The notes under the pieces were generated by a model. The model had not been told where the DNA came from. It did not search any database and saw only the letters and a program-made list of their open reading frames with translations. Made by a program: the position numbers and the translations under genes. Shown one piece after another: positions 8,641 to 17,412 of a DNA stretch of 61,733 bases; position 1 is the stretch's first letter; each line of letters opens with the position of its first letter. The DNA is from Sphaerochaetaceae bacterium (GTDB lineage Bacteria; Spirochaetota; Spirochaetia; Sphaerochaetales; Sphaerochaetaceae), in NCBI GenBank assembly GCA_052170175.1, contig JBQNBA010000001.1:1-61733 (forward strand), written 5' to 3'.

Positions 8641-9708
8641 ATGCTTTCAAGAGCTATGTATACCGATGATTATATACGGAGATTATATAATCGAACCGGC
8701 AATGATCCGATGCTTTTAGAAAGGGTCATCTACGCTTTTGGCCTTCTGGAGGCGATTCGAAAAGCTGAGCTTCCGTTTTGTTTCAAGGGCGGCACTTCTC
8801 TTATGTTGTTGCTTGACCACCCAAAAAGACTCAGCACGGATATTGATATCATTGTTGATCCGAATACTGATATAGATGAATATATCCACAGGGCAGGGGG
8901 GATATTTCCATTTGCGGAGGTGAAAGAGCATGTTCGAGCAGGGAGCGATGACATTGAAAAGCAGCATTTCAAATTCAAGTACCGTTCTCCGCGAAACGGT
9001 CGTGATGTTAATATTATGCTGGATGTGCTGTTCGGGGAAATTCAATATAAGAGCATAGTGCAGAGACCAATAAAAAATGAGTTGTTGCTTACTGAAGGCG
9101 AAGATCTTATGGTCAGTGTTCCTGACGTAAATAGTATTCTAGGGGATAAGCTGACAGCTTTTGCTCCGCACACGACAGGTGTTCCTTTTGGTGTGGGTAA
9201 GGAGATGGAAGTGATGAAGCAGCTTTTTGACTGCGGATCGCTGTTTGATGTAATGACCGATTACAGAAATGTTTGTGAAACTTACCACCGTATCGTCAAA
9301 TCTGAAATAACTTACAGAAAACTTTCAATTTCACCGGAAGACGTTCTTAAGGATACTATAAACGGGTGTCTCTGTGTTGCTAGCCGCGGCGCTTCCGATG
9401 AAATTGATTATGGGTATTTCAAGGATGGGATTTATAGAATCAGGAATCATATTATCAATGGAATATTCAGCGGGGAGATAGCGGGAGCATTTGCATGCCG
9501 TGTGATGTATCTGGCTGCAGCTTTATTAACCGGGCAGGATAATGTGATGAACATAAAAGATCATGCCGCATATATCTCTCCGAATATGGAATTTGAAAAG
9601 CCAAAGAGATTTTCATACATGCATATCATGGATCCGATTTCTTATGGATATCTTGTTGAAGCAGCAAGACTGCTTCGCGGGGCGAAACATCCCGCATTGA
9701 AGCTTTAG
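8641..9708 (+). CDS. Nucleotidyltransferase AbiEii/AbiGii toxin family protein (DUF1814)
   Basis: Signature FKGGTSLMLLL...RLSTDIDII (GGT-x-L plus the S-x-D-x-D nucleotidyltransferase motif). The length (355 aa) is typical. Confidence 0.8.
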   Translation: MLSRAMYTDDYIRRLYNRTGNDPMLLERVIYAFGLLEAIRKAELPFCFKGGTSLMLLLDHPKRLSTDIDIIVDPNTDIDEYIHRAGGIFPFAEVKEHVRAGSDDIEKQHFKFKYRSPRNGRDVNIMLDVLFGEIQYKSIVQRPIKNELLLTEGEDLMVSVPDVNSILGDKLTAFAPHTTGVPFGVGKEMEVMKQLFDCGSLFDVMTDYRNVCETYHRIVKSEITYRKLSISPEDVLKDTINGCLCVASRGASDEIDYGYFKDGIYRIRNHIINGIFSGEIAGAFACRVMYLAAALLTGQDNVMNIKDHAAYISPNMEFEKPKRFSYMHIMDPISYGYLVEAARLLRGAKHPALKL

Positions 9709-9824
9709 ACTGTTCCATGGTTTCAGCCAAAAGGATGATTCGGTTCGGGCGTGCCTGCACCAACTCTTCCCATCTCCAGAACCACAAGAACCTGCGCCGG
9801 CCTGCACGCAATGCTTGAACGGAT

Positions 9825-10667
9825 TCAACCCTTGACTCCGCCTGCCGTCAGACCCTTGACGAGATGCTTTTCGATGAACATGAACAGAACGATGACAGGA
9901 AGTGTCGCAAAGATTGAAGTTGCGAACAAATACTGCCACTGAATCATGTTGTAACCATAGAACGTGTTGATTCCCACTGTTATGGGCTTGAACGAATCGG
10001 TGGAAATCAAGGTCAAGGCCATTGTGTATTCATTCCATGAGTTGATGAAGACAAATATCAATGCGGTCACAATGCCCGGTGCGGCCATGGGCAGCAGTAT
10101 CTTGTTCAGAGCCTGGATTCTGCTGCATCCGTCTATGGTGGCGGCTTGCTCCATCTCGGAGCTTATGGACATGAATGTGCCTCTTAGAAGCCAGATGGCA
10201 AAGGCCTGGTTGAAGGCGGCGTTAAGGAGAACAAGGCCTATGACGCTATCTGTCAGAGACATGTTGACCATAAGCTTGTAGATGCCCGGCAGGAGGACGA
10301 CAGGGGCGAACATCTGGCTCATGATGACAAGACCCAGGAACACGGTTTTGCCTTTGAATCTCATCCGTGACAGGGCGTAGGCTGCCGGCACTCCGCACAT
10401 GATGGCCAGTATGGTTGCTCCGGATGCGACAAGCAACGAGTTTATGAAATACTTTGCCACCGGAGCCTGCGTCCAAATCTCACCATACGTTTCAAGATGC
10501 CAGACTTTTGGGAAAACGGTCATATTCTGGGCATAGAGCTCGTTTGTTTCCTTTGTTGAGGTTGTGAACATTACAAAATACGGATACAGAATCACCACGC
10601 ACAATACAATGCAGAAGATAAGGACGAGGCTTTTCTTCAACGGGCTTTTTTTCCATGCGCCTATCAT
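9825..10667 (-). CDS. Carbohydrate ABC transporter permease (MalG/CUT1 type)
   Basis: Six-TM permease with an EAA-like loop (EQAATIDGCSRIQALNKILLPMAAPG). Its start overlaps the stop of the upstream permease by 4 nt. Confidence 0.85.
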   Translation of the reverse strand: MIGAWKKSPLKKSLVLIFCIVLCVVILYPYFVMFTTSTKETNELYAQNMTVFPKVWHLETYGEIWTQAPVAKYFINSLLVASGATILAIMCGVPAAYALSRMRFKGKTVFLGLVIMSQMFAPVVLLPGIYKLMVNMSLTDSVIGLVLLNAAFNQAFAIWLLRGTFMSISSEMEQAATIDGCSRIQALNKILLPMAAPGIVTALIFVFINSWNEYTMALTLISTDSFKPITVGINTFYGYNMIQWQYLFATSIFATLPVIVLFMFIEKHLVKGLTAGGVKG

Positions 10668-11554
10668 AAGATGTCCTCCTTTTCTGATTTGAGCGACATG
10701 ATCATGTAAATGCCTGCGAACAGGCAGAGAATCATGAAGCCTATGACAGACACCGCTGCGGCTTCTCCTGACCTCCGGCTATAGAATGCAAGCTTGTAGA
10801 TGTAGGTCGCCAGAGTATGGGTCATGTCTGCGGGGTCGCCCTTGGTGATGGTCCATATGATTGGAAAGGAATTGAATACATAGATTATATTCAGGACAGT
10901 GGCCACTGTAAGGTTTTTCTTCAGCAGGGGCAGGGTGATTCGGATGAACTGATTCCATATTCCCGCTCCGTCAATCTCTGCTGATTCATAATAGGCGCTG
11001 TCAATGCTCTGGAGGCCTGACAGCACGCAGAATGTCACGAATGGCACGGTCACGAAGATGCCTACCCAGCATTCCCAGGCAAAGAATGCGCCGGCTGTGG
11101 GTGTCCAGTTGGCATACGATGAAAGGATTCCAAGCTTGTAAAGAATCACGTTCAGGGAACCATACTCCGCATTCAGTATGTATTTCCAAATCAGAGCCTG
11201 AATGATTAGCGAGGTGGCCCAGGGGAACACCACGATGGCCCTCACGAGCTTGCGCCCCTTGAAGTCCAGGTTCAGGGCAAGTCCGGTGATTATTCCGAGG
11301 ACTGTGGAGATTGAAACGACAGCGATTGTCCATATGAAAGTGTTTTTCAGTGTGTTTATGAACGTTGCTGACGCAAAGATGCTCTTGTAGTTCCCAAGAT
11401 TGTTGAAGCTTTTGATTATGCCTGATTTCGATACCTCGGCAAAAGACATTCTGAAAACAGTGACAATCGGGACAGCGATCATCAGCGACATGAGGATGAT
11501 GCTCGGCAGCAGCCAAATGTATGGGAGCCCGCTCTTGGTTTGCTTTATATTCAT
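10664..11554 (-). CDS. Carbohydrate ABC transporter permease (MalF/CUT1 type)
   Basis: EAA loop ESAEIDGAGIWNQFIRITLPLLK. Start placed at ATG 11554 (MNIKQTKSG). Confidence 0.85.
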   Translation of the reverse strand: MNIKQTKSGLPYIWLLPSIILMSLMIAVPIVTVFRMSFAEVSKSGIIKSFNNLGNYKSIFASATFINTLKNTFIWTIAVVSISTVLGIITGLALNLDFKGRKLVRAIVVFPWATSLIIQALIWKYILNAEYGSLNVILYKLGILSSYANWTPTAGAFFAWECWVGIFVTVPFVTFCVLSGLQSIDSAYYESAEIDGAGIWNQFIRITLPLLKKNLTVATVLNIIYVFNSFPIIWTITKGDPADMTHTLATYIYKLAFYSRRSGEAAAVSVIGFMILCLFAGIYMIMSLKSEKEDIL

Positions 11555-11630
11555 GATACCTCTGCAAACAGTGATTTCATCAAGCAACGATATCCCGACG
11601 ATATCAAGCGCATGATATCATCGTGATAAC

Positions 11631-11662
11631 ACACGATAGCACATGATAGCACATGATAGCAC
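11631..11662. repeat. 3 x 10-bp tandem repeat (acacgatagc / acatgatagc / acatgatagc)
   Basis: Read directly. It lies between the solute-binding-protein gene and the first permease gene. Confidence 0.9.
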
Positions 11663-11667
11663 GTAAA

Positions 11668-11689
11668 GGGAGACCCCGAAAGGTCTCCC
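11668..11689 (-). terminator. Intercistronic GC-rich stem-loop (GGGAGACC-ccgaaa-GGTCTCCC), attenuator or mRNA-stabiliser type
   Basis: Perfect 8-bp stem with a 6-nt loop between the binding-protein and permease genes. Only a short T-run (TTT) follows on the minus strand. Confidence 0.4.
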
Positions 11690-11811
11690 GGATTTGTGAA
11701 TGGATTATTTGAATGCGTTGCAATCCGTTTCAATGGCGCTTCGTTTCAACGACACTTCGTTTCAACGACACCCGAAGGACTTCGGCATTTAAATGACTTC
11801 GGACAGATTGG

Positions 11812-13083
11812 CTATTTCACAATCTGCTTCTGGAGAGCGTCAAGCGCATCCTTGGCCGTCACCTTGCCTAGGCAGACTTCCTGCTCGGCCTTTATCACCC
11901 CCTGCTTCACATCGTTCCATTCAACCTTTGAGGTCGGGTAGAAATTGCATGATGCGAGGATTTCGTTGAAGCTGGCGAAATAATCACTGTTCCCCTTGCC
12001 GTTGCCTCCGCCTTTCTCAAACTGCTCCGCATTCTTCGCAAGGAGGGCGGCGGAATCTGATGTCACCGGCAGGAAGCCTTCGAACACCATGTATGAGGCA
12101 TAGGTCTTCTCGTCATAGAATGCATCGAAGAACTTGCTTATCGCAGCTGTTCGGGCGGTCTGATTCTTCACGTTCTTCCTGAATGCCATGAGACGGTCGC
12201 AGACACCCATGTTCACGGAGGGGTTGTTTCCGTTTGTGGGCATCGAAGCCACTCCGAAGTTTATGTTCGCCGCAATGTCATAGAGATTGCAAGGCCCGAG
12301 CATCATGGCGAGCGAGCCGGCGGCGAAGGCATCCTGCTGAGGGTAGCGTGTCTCGGTGTACGGATTGGCTGTCGTGTAGCCGAGGTCTATGAGCTTCTTC
12401 ATGAACTCGACCGCTTCAATGTTCTCCTTGCTGTTGAGCGCCCAGTTTCCGTCCTTGTCAACGAATCCGCCTCCGTTGTTCCATGAATAATAGGAGAAGG
12501 CGGCCTGGCCTTCATCCGTAGAGATGTCGAGCGACCAGGGAACTATGTTGCTGTTATAGGCCTTGATTTTCGCACAGGCCTCAAGCACTTCGTTCCATGT
12601 CCTGGGCGCATCTTTCACCCCTGCTGCCGCCAGTATGTCCTTGTTGTAGAACAATGCGCGGGCGGATGCGAGGATGGGGAGCGCCCAGACCGTTCCGTCC
12701 ATTTCGTTTGCCGACCAGAACCCCTCGAATATCTTGGCCTTGACTGCGCTTGAAGTGTATTCTTCCGCCGGCATGAGAAGTTCATCCGCCACATAGTCTG
12801 CAAATGTATCTATGTTCAGGATGTCCGGCTGCTGGTTTGTTGAGATTCTGGTTCCGACAACCGTGTAGAGATCATTCCATGACACTATCTCGATGTTGAG
12901 ATTGATATCCGGGTTGTTTTTCTCAAAATCCTTTTCAAACTGATTCCACCAATCCTGAGTATAGTTTCCATACTGCGAGATTATAACGTTCAGCTCTGTC
13001 TTGCCGCTTGCTTCCTGAGCACCGCCGGCAAAGAGCATTGCAGCAACGCAGAGTGCCGCCAGCACCGATAAAAGTCTTTTCAT
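11812..13083 (-). CDS. Sugar ABC transporter extracellular solute-binding protein (family 1)
   Basis: Signal peptide MKRLLSVLAALCVAAMLFAGG behind GGAGGA. The fold-typical sequence and its position upstream of two CUT1 permeases support the call. Confidence 0.85.
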   Translation of the reverse strand: MKRLLSVLAALCVAAMLFAGGAQEASGKTELNVIISQYGNYTQDWWNQFEKDFEKNNPDINLNIEIVSWNDLYTVVGTRISTNQQPDILNIDTFADYVADELLMPAEEYTSSAVKAKIFEGFWSANEMDGTVWALPILASARALFYNKDILAAAGVKDAPRTWNEVLEACAKIKAYNSNIVPWSLDISTDEGQAAFSYYSWNNGGGFVDKDGNWALNSKENIEAVEFMKKLIDLGYTTANPYTETRYPQQDAFAAGSLAMMLGPCNLYDIAANINFGVASMPTNGNNPSVNMGVCDRLMAFRKNVKNQTARTAAISKFFDAFYDEKTYASYMVFEGFLPVTSDSAALLAKNAEQFEKGGGNGKGNSDYFASFNEILASCNFYPTSKVEWNDVKQGVIKAEQEVCLGKVTAKDALDALQKQIVK

Positions 13084-13320
13084 TTTTTCCTCCTGAATCA
13101 AATGAATCAAAAATCGCCTTGATTTTGACTCTTGATATTCTAGGATATGCCCCGGAGCTTGTCTATCCAATTCATTTTTCCAAACGGATATCGAGAATAT
13201 TGCAAATAAAAAGAATATTTATTGATTCCTCCGTCAGCCGATTCCTCCGTCAGCGGTTTTTCCGCTTGCCGATTTTCCGATTCCTGCTGTTTCAAATAAG
13301 CCGCAGCATGAGCCGCCGTC

Positions 13321-14409
13321 TCAGGATGTGGAAAGAAGCGGTGCATCAGGATGACCGGCCAGCCTGTCAATAGCATCCTGCATGGCATCCATCTTGTCCA
13401 GCATATCCTGGGCGAGAGCTATCTGGCAACGAGCCCGCACAAGGTTGTGTCCGGGGTAAGCCGTATGGTAATAGACATCGCCTTTCAGATAGTCCTCCAG
13501 AAACCGCGCCGCCTGCTCGGCTGTGATTGAGAAGCAGCCCGGAGCCAACGCCTTCTTCTCCTGATTGGATAAAATGGCTCCCGCCTCGGAGAGAAATCCT
13601 CCGGCGAATGAGATGAAGGTTTCAAGATCAAGCTTCGCCTCATCCAGATCCGGCGAGTCTTCGGGGGACATGGTGCGGATCGAGTCGCCGAAATCATAGG
13701 CCGACAGTCCTGGCATGACCGTATCCAGGTCGATTACGGCAAGCGCCTCTTTTGTGGCGGGGTCAAACAGCACATTGCTGATTTTGGCATCATTATGAGC
13801 CACACGCAGGGGAAGCCCCATCTCCGTTATCCGGCAGGCCGGACCGCGGAGAGCCTCCATCACCTCAAGCTCCCTTGCGGCTTCCTCTCTGAAAGGAGCG
13901 GAGAAAAGGTCATCAAAGCGCTTAGGGGTGTTGTGGAAGTCGGGGATTGTGACATGGAGCGAGGCGGCATCGAAGTCGACCAGCATCTTCTGAAAGGCTC
14001 CGAACGCCCTTCCTGCATTATATACAATCTGATTATCGTGGGAGCTTTCGTAGGTGACAGATGGTATGAAATTGAAAATCCGGATGAAGCGGTCATTTTG
14101 GCGGACATAGCTTTTCCCATCGCCTGTCTTGAAAACCTTAAGATTGACCCCATCAGGGTTCTTCCGCTGGATATGGGCGGTCACTTTCTCGATGTTCTCC
14201 ATCACTTCTACCGGATTGCGGAAAACAAAGGTGTTCAACGCCTGGATAAGGCAGCAAGCGTCATCCTCAAATCGCACCTTCCATGTTTTGTTGATATGAC
14301 CCGCCGTCATGGCGTCTATGGAGACCACCTTGCTGTCCAGTCCGAAGCGAGCCAATATATTGTCAAAGAAGTCCACCTCTTGATAGTCCACCTCTTGATT
14401 ATAAACCAT
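13321..14409 (-). CDS. APH-family sugar kinase, N-acetylhexosamine 1-kinase (NahK)-like
   Basis: N-terminal AGHINKTW (compare GHINTTY in NahK), Brenner motif VAHNDAKISNVLFD and IDLDTV. The start is uncertain; ATG 14409 gives NahK-like spacing, and the ORF track extends to 14487. Confidence 0.6.
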   Translation of the reverse strand: MVYNQEVDYQEVDFFDNILARFGLDSKVVSIDAMTAGHINKTWKVRFEDDACCLIQALNTFVFRNPVEVMENIEKVTAHIQRKNPDGVNLKVFKTGDGKSYVRQNDRFIRIFNFIPSVTYESSHDNQIVYNAGRAFGAFQKMLVDFDAASLHVTIPDFHNTPKRFDDLFSAPFREEAARELEVMEALRGPACRITEMGLPLRVAHNDAKISNVLFDPATKEALAVIDLDTVMPGLSAYDFGDSIRTMSPEDSPDLDEAKLDLETFISFAGGFLSEAGAILSNQEKKALAPGCFSITAEQAARFLEDYLKGDVYYHTAYPGHNLVRARCQIALAQDMLDKMDAMQDAIDRLAGHPDAPLLSTS

Positions 14410-14500
14410 CGGAGGCGTGTCCACAACCATGGAAGGGGATTTGCAATTGGCAAAAGGAGAGAGGGCAAAAGGAGAGGGGGAGGGCAAAAAGAGAGGGCTG

Positions 14501-14565
14501 GAAGAGGGGATTGCTTGACAGGTTCGCCTCTTGCATGGTCAAATCAGAGCTATGAGAGGCGGCAG
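14501..14565 (+). repeat. Copy 1 of a 65-nt duplicated promoter-like element
   Basis: It matches 17348-17412 with a single mismatch (a/t at 14555/17402) over 65 nt. It contains TTGACA (14515-14520)-N18-TCAAAT (14539-14544) with a TG extended -10. Confidence 0.85.
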
Positions 14566-14661
14566 CTCGAATCAGGCGGAGCGGCGGGTTTGATTCCCTG
14601 TCCATGGTTAAACGGCTGGCTTGCGCAGGATGACCGTGAGGCAGGATAAGCCGGGTTTTTT

Positions 14662-15783
14662 CTATTCGGCATTCCTTACCAGCCTGAAACCATCATATTT
14701 CCTCTGGTTTGTGGGGAGAAGGTATCCACGGTAGGCTGTGCGGAGATAAAGCTCCGTATCACGCCATCCGCCGCCTCGGAGAATGCGGTACTGGCCTGTG
14801 TCAGGGCCATGCGGATTGCTCTGGGGAGAGCTGGCATAAGGCTCGTGCCAGTCCCAGCACCATTCCCAGACGTTCCCGCTCATGTCAAACAACCCTAGTT
14901 CATTGGCATCCTTGCCGCCCACATCATGCGTCATATTCTCGCTGTTGCCTCTATGCCATGCGACAGCATCGATGTTGTCGCTTCCTGCATAGACATGGCC
15001 ATTGCTGTGATTGCCTCCGATTGCGGCGAACTCCCACTCTGCCTCGGTTGGAAGGCGGTAGCCGTTCTTTGTCCAATCGCAGGTCACATCCTCGCCATTG
15101 ATTTCATAGACCTTCTCATACCCCTCCCTTTCGCTCAAGGCATTTGCGAATGCCACCGCATCATACCAGCTCACCATGTTGACAGGCAGAAGGTCTCCCT
15201 CCCAGTTTGAAGGATTATTCCCCATTACGTCTTTGTAAAGCTTCTGGGTGATTTGATGCTGCCCGATATAGAAGCTGGACACTGTCACGCTATGGACCGG
15301 CGTTGCGGTGCCGTCCTTGCCCATCTGGAAGGTTCCGCCTTCTACAAGCACCATCGGGAAGGAGGTCTTTGTATACAGAACCGTAACGGCAGCGGTTGCG
15401 CACAGATTCTTGTTCGATTCCCTGTATATGAGGCTTATGGTTTGCGGAGAACCCGTATCCGAAATGGAAACCGTGTTATTGCCATTCGTTGAGTTGACAA
15501 AAAGCACGCTCGCATCGGTTATTGGAACTATCTCAGAAGGGGTCTTGAGGAATTTGACAGCTATGCTGTCCAGCCCTGCGGCTGCCAGCATTGTCTTTGT
15601 CAGCAGCACTTCATCGCTGTTGCCCTTGATTTCCAGAAAGGACTTCGATGGCGTGAGCGAGAGAATCTTATCATTCTGCTTGTATTCCACGGTGCATGTG
15701 CATAGCGCAAACGTCATCAGAAGAAGAATTGCAATCTTTGTGATGAATATGCCAAATGAATGTGCTTTGCTTCTTTTTTTCAT
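14662..15783 (-). CDS. Formylglycine-generating-enzyme (SUMF1/FGE-sulfatase) domain protein, secreted or lipoprotein
   Basis: The N-terminal signal ends in FALCTC. The C-terminal FGE-sulfatase domain blocks are present (VSWYDAVAFANALS, YRLPTEAEWEFAA, SGNVWEWCWDW, ILRGGGW, GFRLVRN). Confidence 0.8.
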   Translation of the reverse strand: MKKRSKAHSFGIFITKIAILLLMTFALCTCTVEYKQNDKILSLTPSKSFLEIKGNSDEVLLTKTMLAAAGLDSIAVKFLKTPSEIVPITDASVLFVNSTNGNNTVSISDTGSPQTISLIYRESNKNLCATAAVTVLYTKTSFPMVLVEGGTFQMGKDGTATPVHSVTVSSFYIGQHQITQKLYKDVMGNNPSNWEGDLLPVNMVSWYDAVAFANALSEREGYEKVYEINGEDVTCDWTKNGYRLPTEAEWEFAAIGGNHSNGHVYAGSDNIDAVAWHRGNSENMTHDVGGKDANELGLFDMSGNVWEWCWDWHEPYASSPQSNPHGPDTGQYRILRGGGWRDTELYLRTAYRGYLLPTNQRKYDGFRLVRNAE

Positions 15784-16955
15784 TTTGCTGCTCCCGTTGC
15801 CGACCGTGCCGCCGTTCCTGCCAGGCTTCGCAGGCTTATTCGGACTCCTGCGCTTCCTCTGTAATCAGGCACATGCACGTAAAGCCCTTCAAAGCCCAAT
15901 GCGAAGCTATTGCCCAGCCCGATTTCACAGGCAGCCCCCACCACCAAGGCATAAGAGCCGAAGAAAATCCGGCCAGTTGTCCTTTCCTCTGATTTTTCGG
16001 CTGGCGCTGCCGTCTCGACCCCCGCAAGGAGCGAGAGGACAAAGTGTTCGCTTGGGTGCATATCCACGCTGACCCGCGCCCCTGTGCCGATGATGTGATT
16101 CACCGCTTCCCATGTCGCATCCTTCCAATGGGTGCCATCTGCTGCTTTGCCGTATATGTTGGGCGTGTTCGCCGAGTATAGATGCGGTGCGTATATTGCA
16201 TAGGCATCAAATCCCAAGGTCAGCTTTTTGGCGATGGGAGCCTTTATGAAAAAACCTGCGCCAAAAGTGAACCTCATGGGGTCATAGCCGTTCCATCTGC
16301 CAAACCCCGCATAGTCCATGACGGCAATATCCGTGCCCGCAGATAGGAACGTGCCTTGACGCAAGGCTTGGGTTCCGGTTCTTTTCTGAGCTATCGCTTC
16401 TTGTGCTTCTTGCGTGGTTTCCTGTTGTCCTTCTTCGCGGGGAATGGCTGGAGGCTTGTATTCGGATTTGATGTCAGATTCCAGCGGGGCATCCTCATTT
16501 TCTGATTCCTGCCGGATTGTATCCATTGAGTCCTTGATGTTTTTTTCATCGGTTTCAGATGCCTTGGATTCGAAGGATTCGAAGGATTCGGAGGGTTCGG
16601 CAGGTTCAGCAAGTTCGGCTTCGGCGCCGCAGACGGTTTCATCCTCAGCGGCAACGTCATCCTCTGTGGTTTCCATGTCGGTTGTTACGCCGGAGGCCTC
16701 TTGCGGCTCAGATGGTTGAGGCTCTGACGGTTGAGACGGTTGGGGCTCTGCTGGTTGCTGCTCCGATTGGCGCAGCTTTGATGGCTGCAGTTCTGGCGGG
16801 AAATCTGGCCTCTCCTGTTCAAGTTCCTTTGCTTCGGTTTCTTCTATTTGGATTTCTTCTGCTTGGACTTCTTCTGTTTTAATTTTTTCTATAGAAGTGT
16901 TTTGGCCATCAAGATTCTGAATGTGTATGGGGGGGGGAAGCTGGATGTTGTTCAA
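15780..16955 (-). CDS. Hypothetical protein: long acidic low-complexity region plus a beta-rich C-terminal domain (possible beta-barrel). Probably the 3' part of a single gene split at a homopolymer.
   Basis: There is no ATG or SD (the ORF opens at TTG 16955 next to the C9 tract). E/Q/P-rich repeats (PQPSQPSEPQPSEPQ, ESFESFES) are present. The C-terminal ~190 aa alternates hydrophobic residues, as in OMP beta-strands. Its stop overlaps the FGE-gene start (ATGA). Confidence 0.5.
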   Translation of the reverse strand: MNNIQLPPPIHIQNLDGQNTSIEKIKTEEVQAEEIQIEETEAKELEQERPDFPPELQPSKLRQSEQQPAEPQPSQPSEPQPSEPQEASGVTTDMETTEDDVAAEDETVCGAEAELAEPAEPSESFESFESKASETDEKNIKDSMDTIRQESENEDAPLESDIKSEYKPPAIPREEGQQETTQEAQEAIAQKRTGTQALRQGTFLSAGTDIAVMDYAGFGRWNGYDPMRFTFGAGFFIKAPIAKKLTLGFDAYAIYAPHLYSANTPNIYGKAADGTHWKDATWEAVNHIIGTGARVSVDMHPSEHFVLSLLAGVETAAPAEKSEERTTGRIFFGSYALVVGAACEIGLGNSFALGFEGLYVHVPDYRGSAGVRISLRSLAGTAARSATGAAK

Positions 16956-17190
16956 ATTCGGCCGGGGCTTCGCCCGTCAGCAGGGAAGCTTGCTCTGTCT
17001 CGTCGGAGAAGAAGGACTGAGATTCATTGGCGTCCTGTGCGGATGAAATCGGCTTGCCGGCGTTTTCCGCATTGGGCAGCTTGCTCCACTTTTCATAAGC
17101 GTATATGACCAGTATGATTCCTGCGCCGAATATGATTAGGAGCAGCATCAAGATGAATCTGTCAAATACCCTTTTCTTAGCTTCGGACAT
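16909..17190 (-). CDS. Small single-pass membrane protein (signal-anchor). Probably the 5' part of the gene continued in 15780..16955.
   Basis: MSEAKKRVFDRFILMLLLIIFGAGIILVIYAY is one TM helix, followed by an acidic tail. The ORF ends 18 nt past the C9 tract. Confidence 0.45.
   Translation of the reverse strand: MSEAKKRVFDRFILMLLLIIFGAGIILVIYAYEKWSKLPNAENAGKPISSAQDANESQSFFSDETEQASLLTGEAPAEFEQHPASPPHTHSES
16929..16937. repeat. G9 (C9 on the coding strand) homopolymeric tract
   Basis: Counted directly. It lies within the 47-nt overlap of ORFs 16909..17190 and 15780..16955. Confidence 0.95.
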
Positions 17191-17347
17191 GCTCCACCCC
17201 CTCTGCCTGAAAGCATCTTTTGCTCCAGTATTTCAGATTTCCACAATATATACAAGCGAGACGGCCGGATTTGAAACTTGCATTTGAAAAGGTGTCGCCA
17301 GGCTCTCCGGGAGCGTTTCCTTCGGGGTGATGGGATTGCCGCAGCGA

Positions 17348-17412
17348 GAAGAGGGGATTGCTTGACAGGTTCGCCTCTTGCATGGTCAAATCAGAGCTAT
17401 GTGAGGCGGCAA
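17348..17412 (+). repeat. Copy 2 of the 65-nt duplicated promoter-like element (upstream of the phosphohexomutase gene)
   Basis: Same sequence as 14501-14565. TTGACA at 17362-17367 and TCAAAT at 17386-17391, about 150 nt upstream of ATG 17542. Confidence 0.85.

Noticed and set aside
14586-14598. A tRNA-like T-arm (GGGTTTGATTCCC) suggesting a tRNA or tmRNA gene.
   Set aside because: I could not build an acceptor stem, D-arm or anticodon arm around it on either strand. It is an isolated resemblance only.
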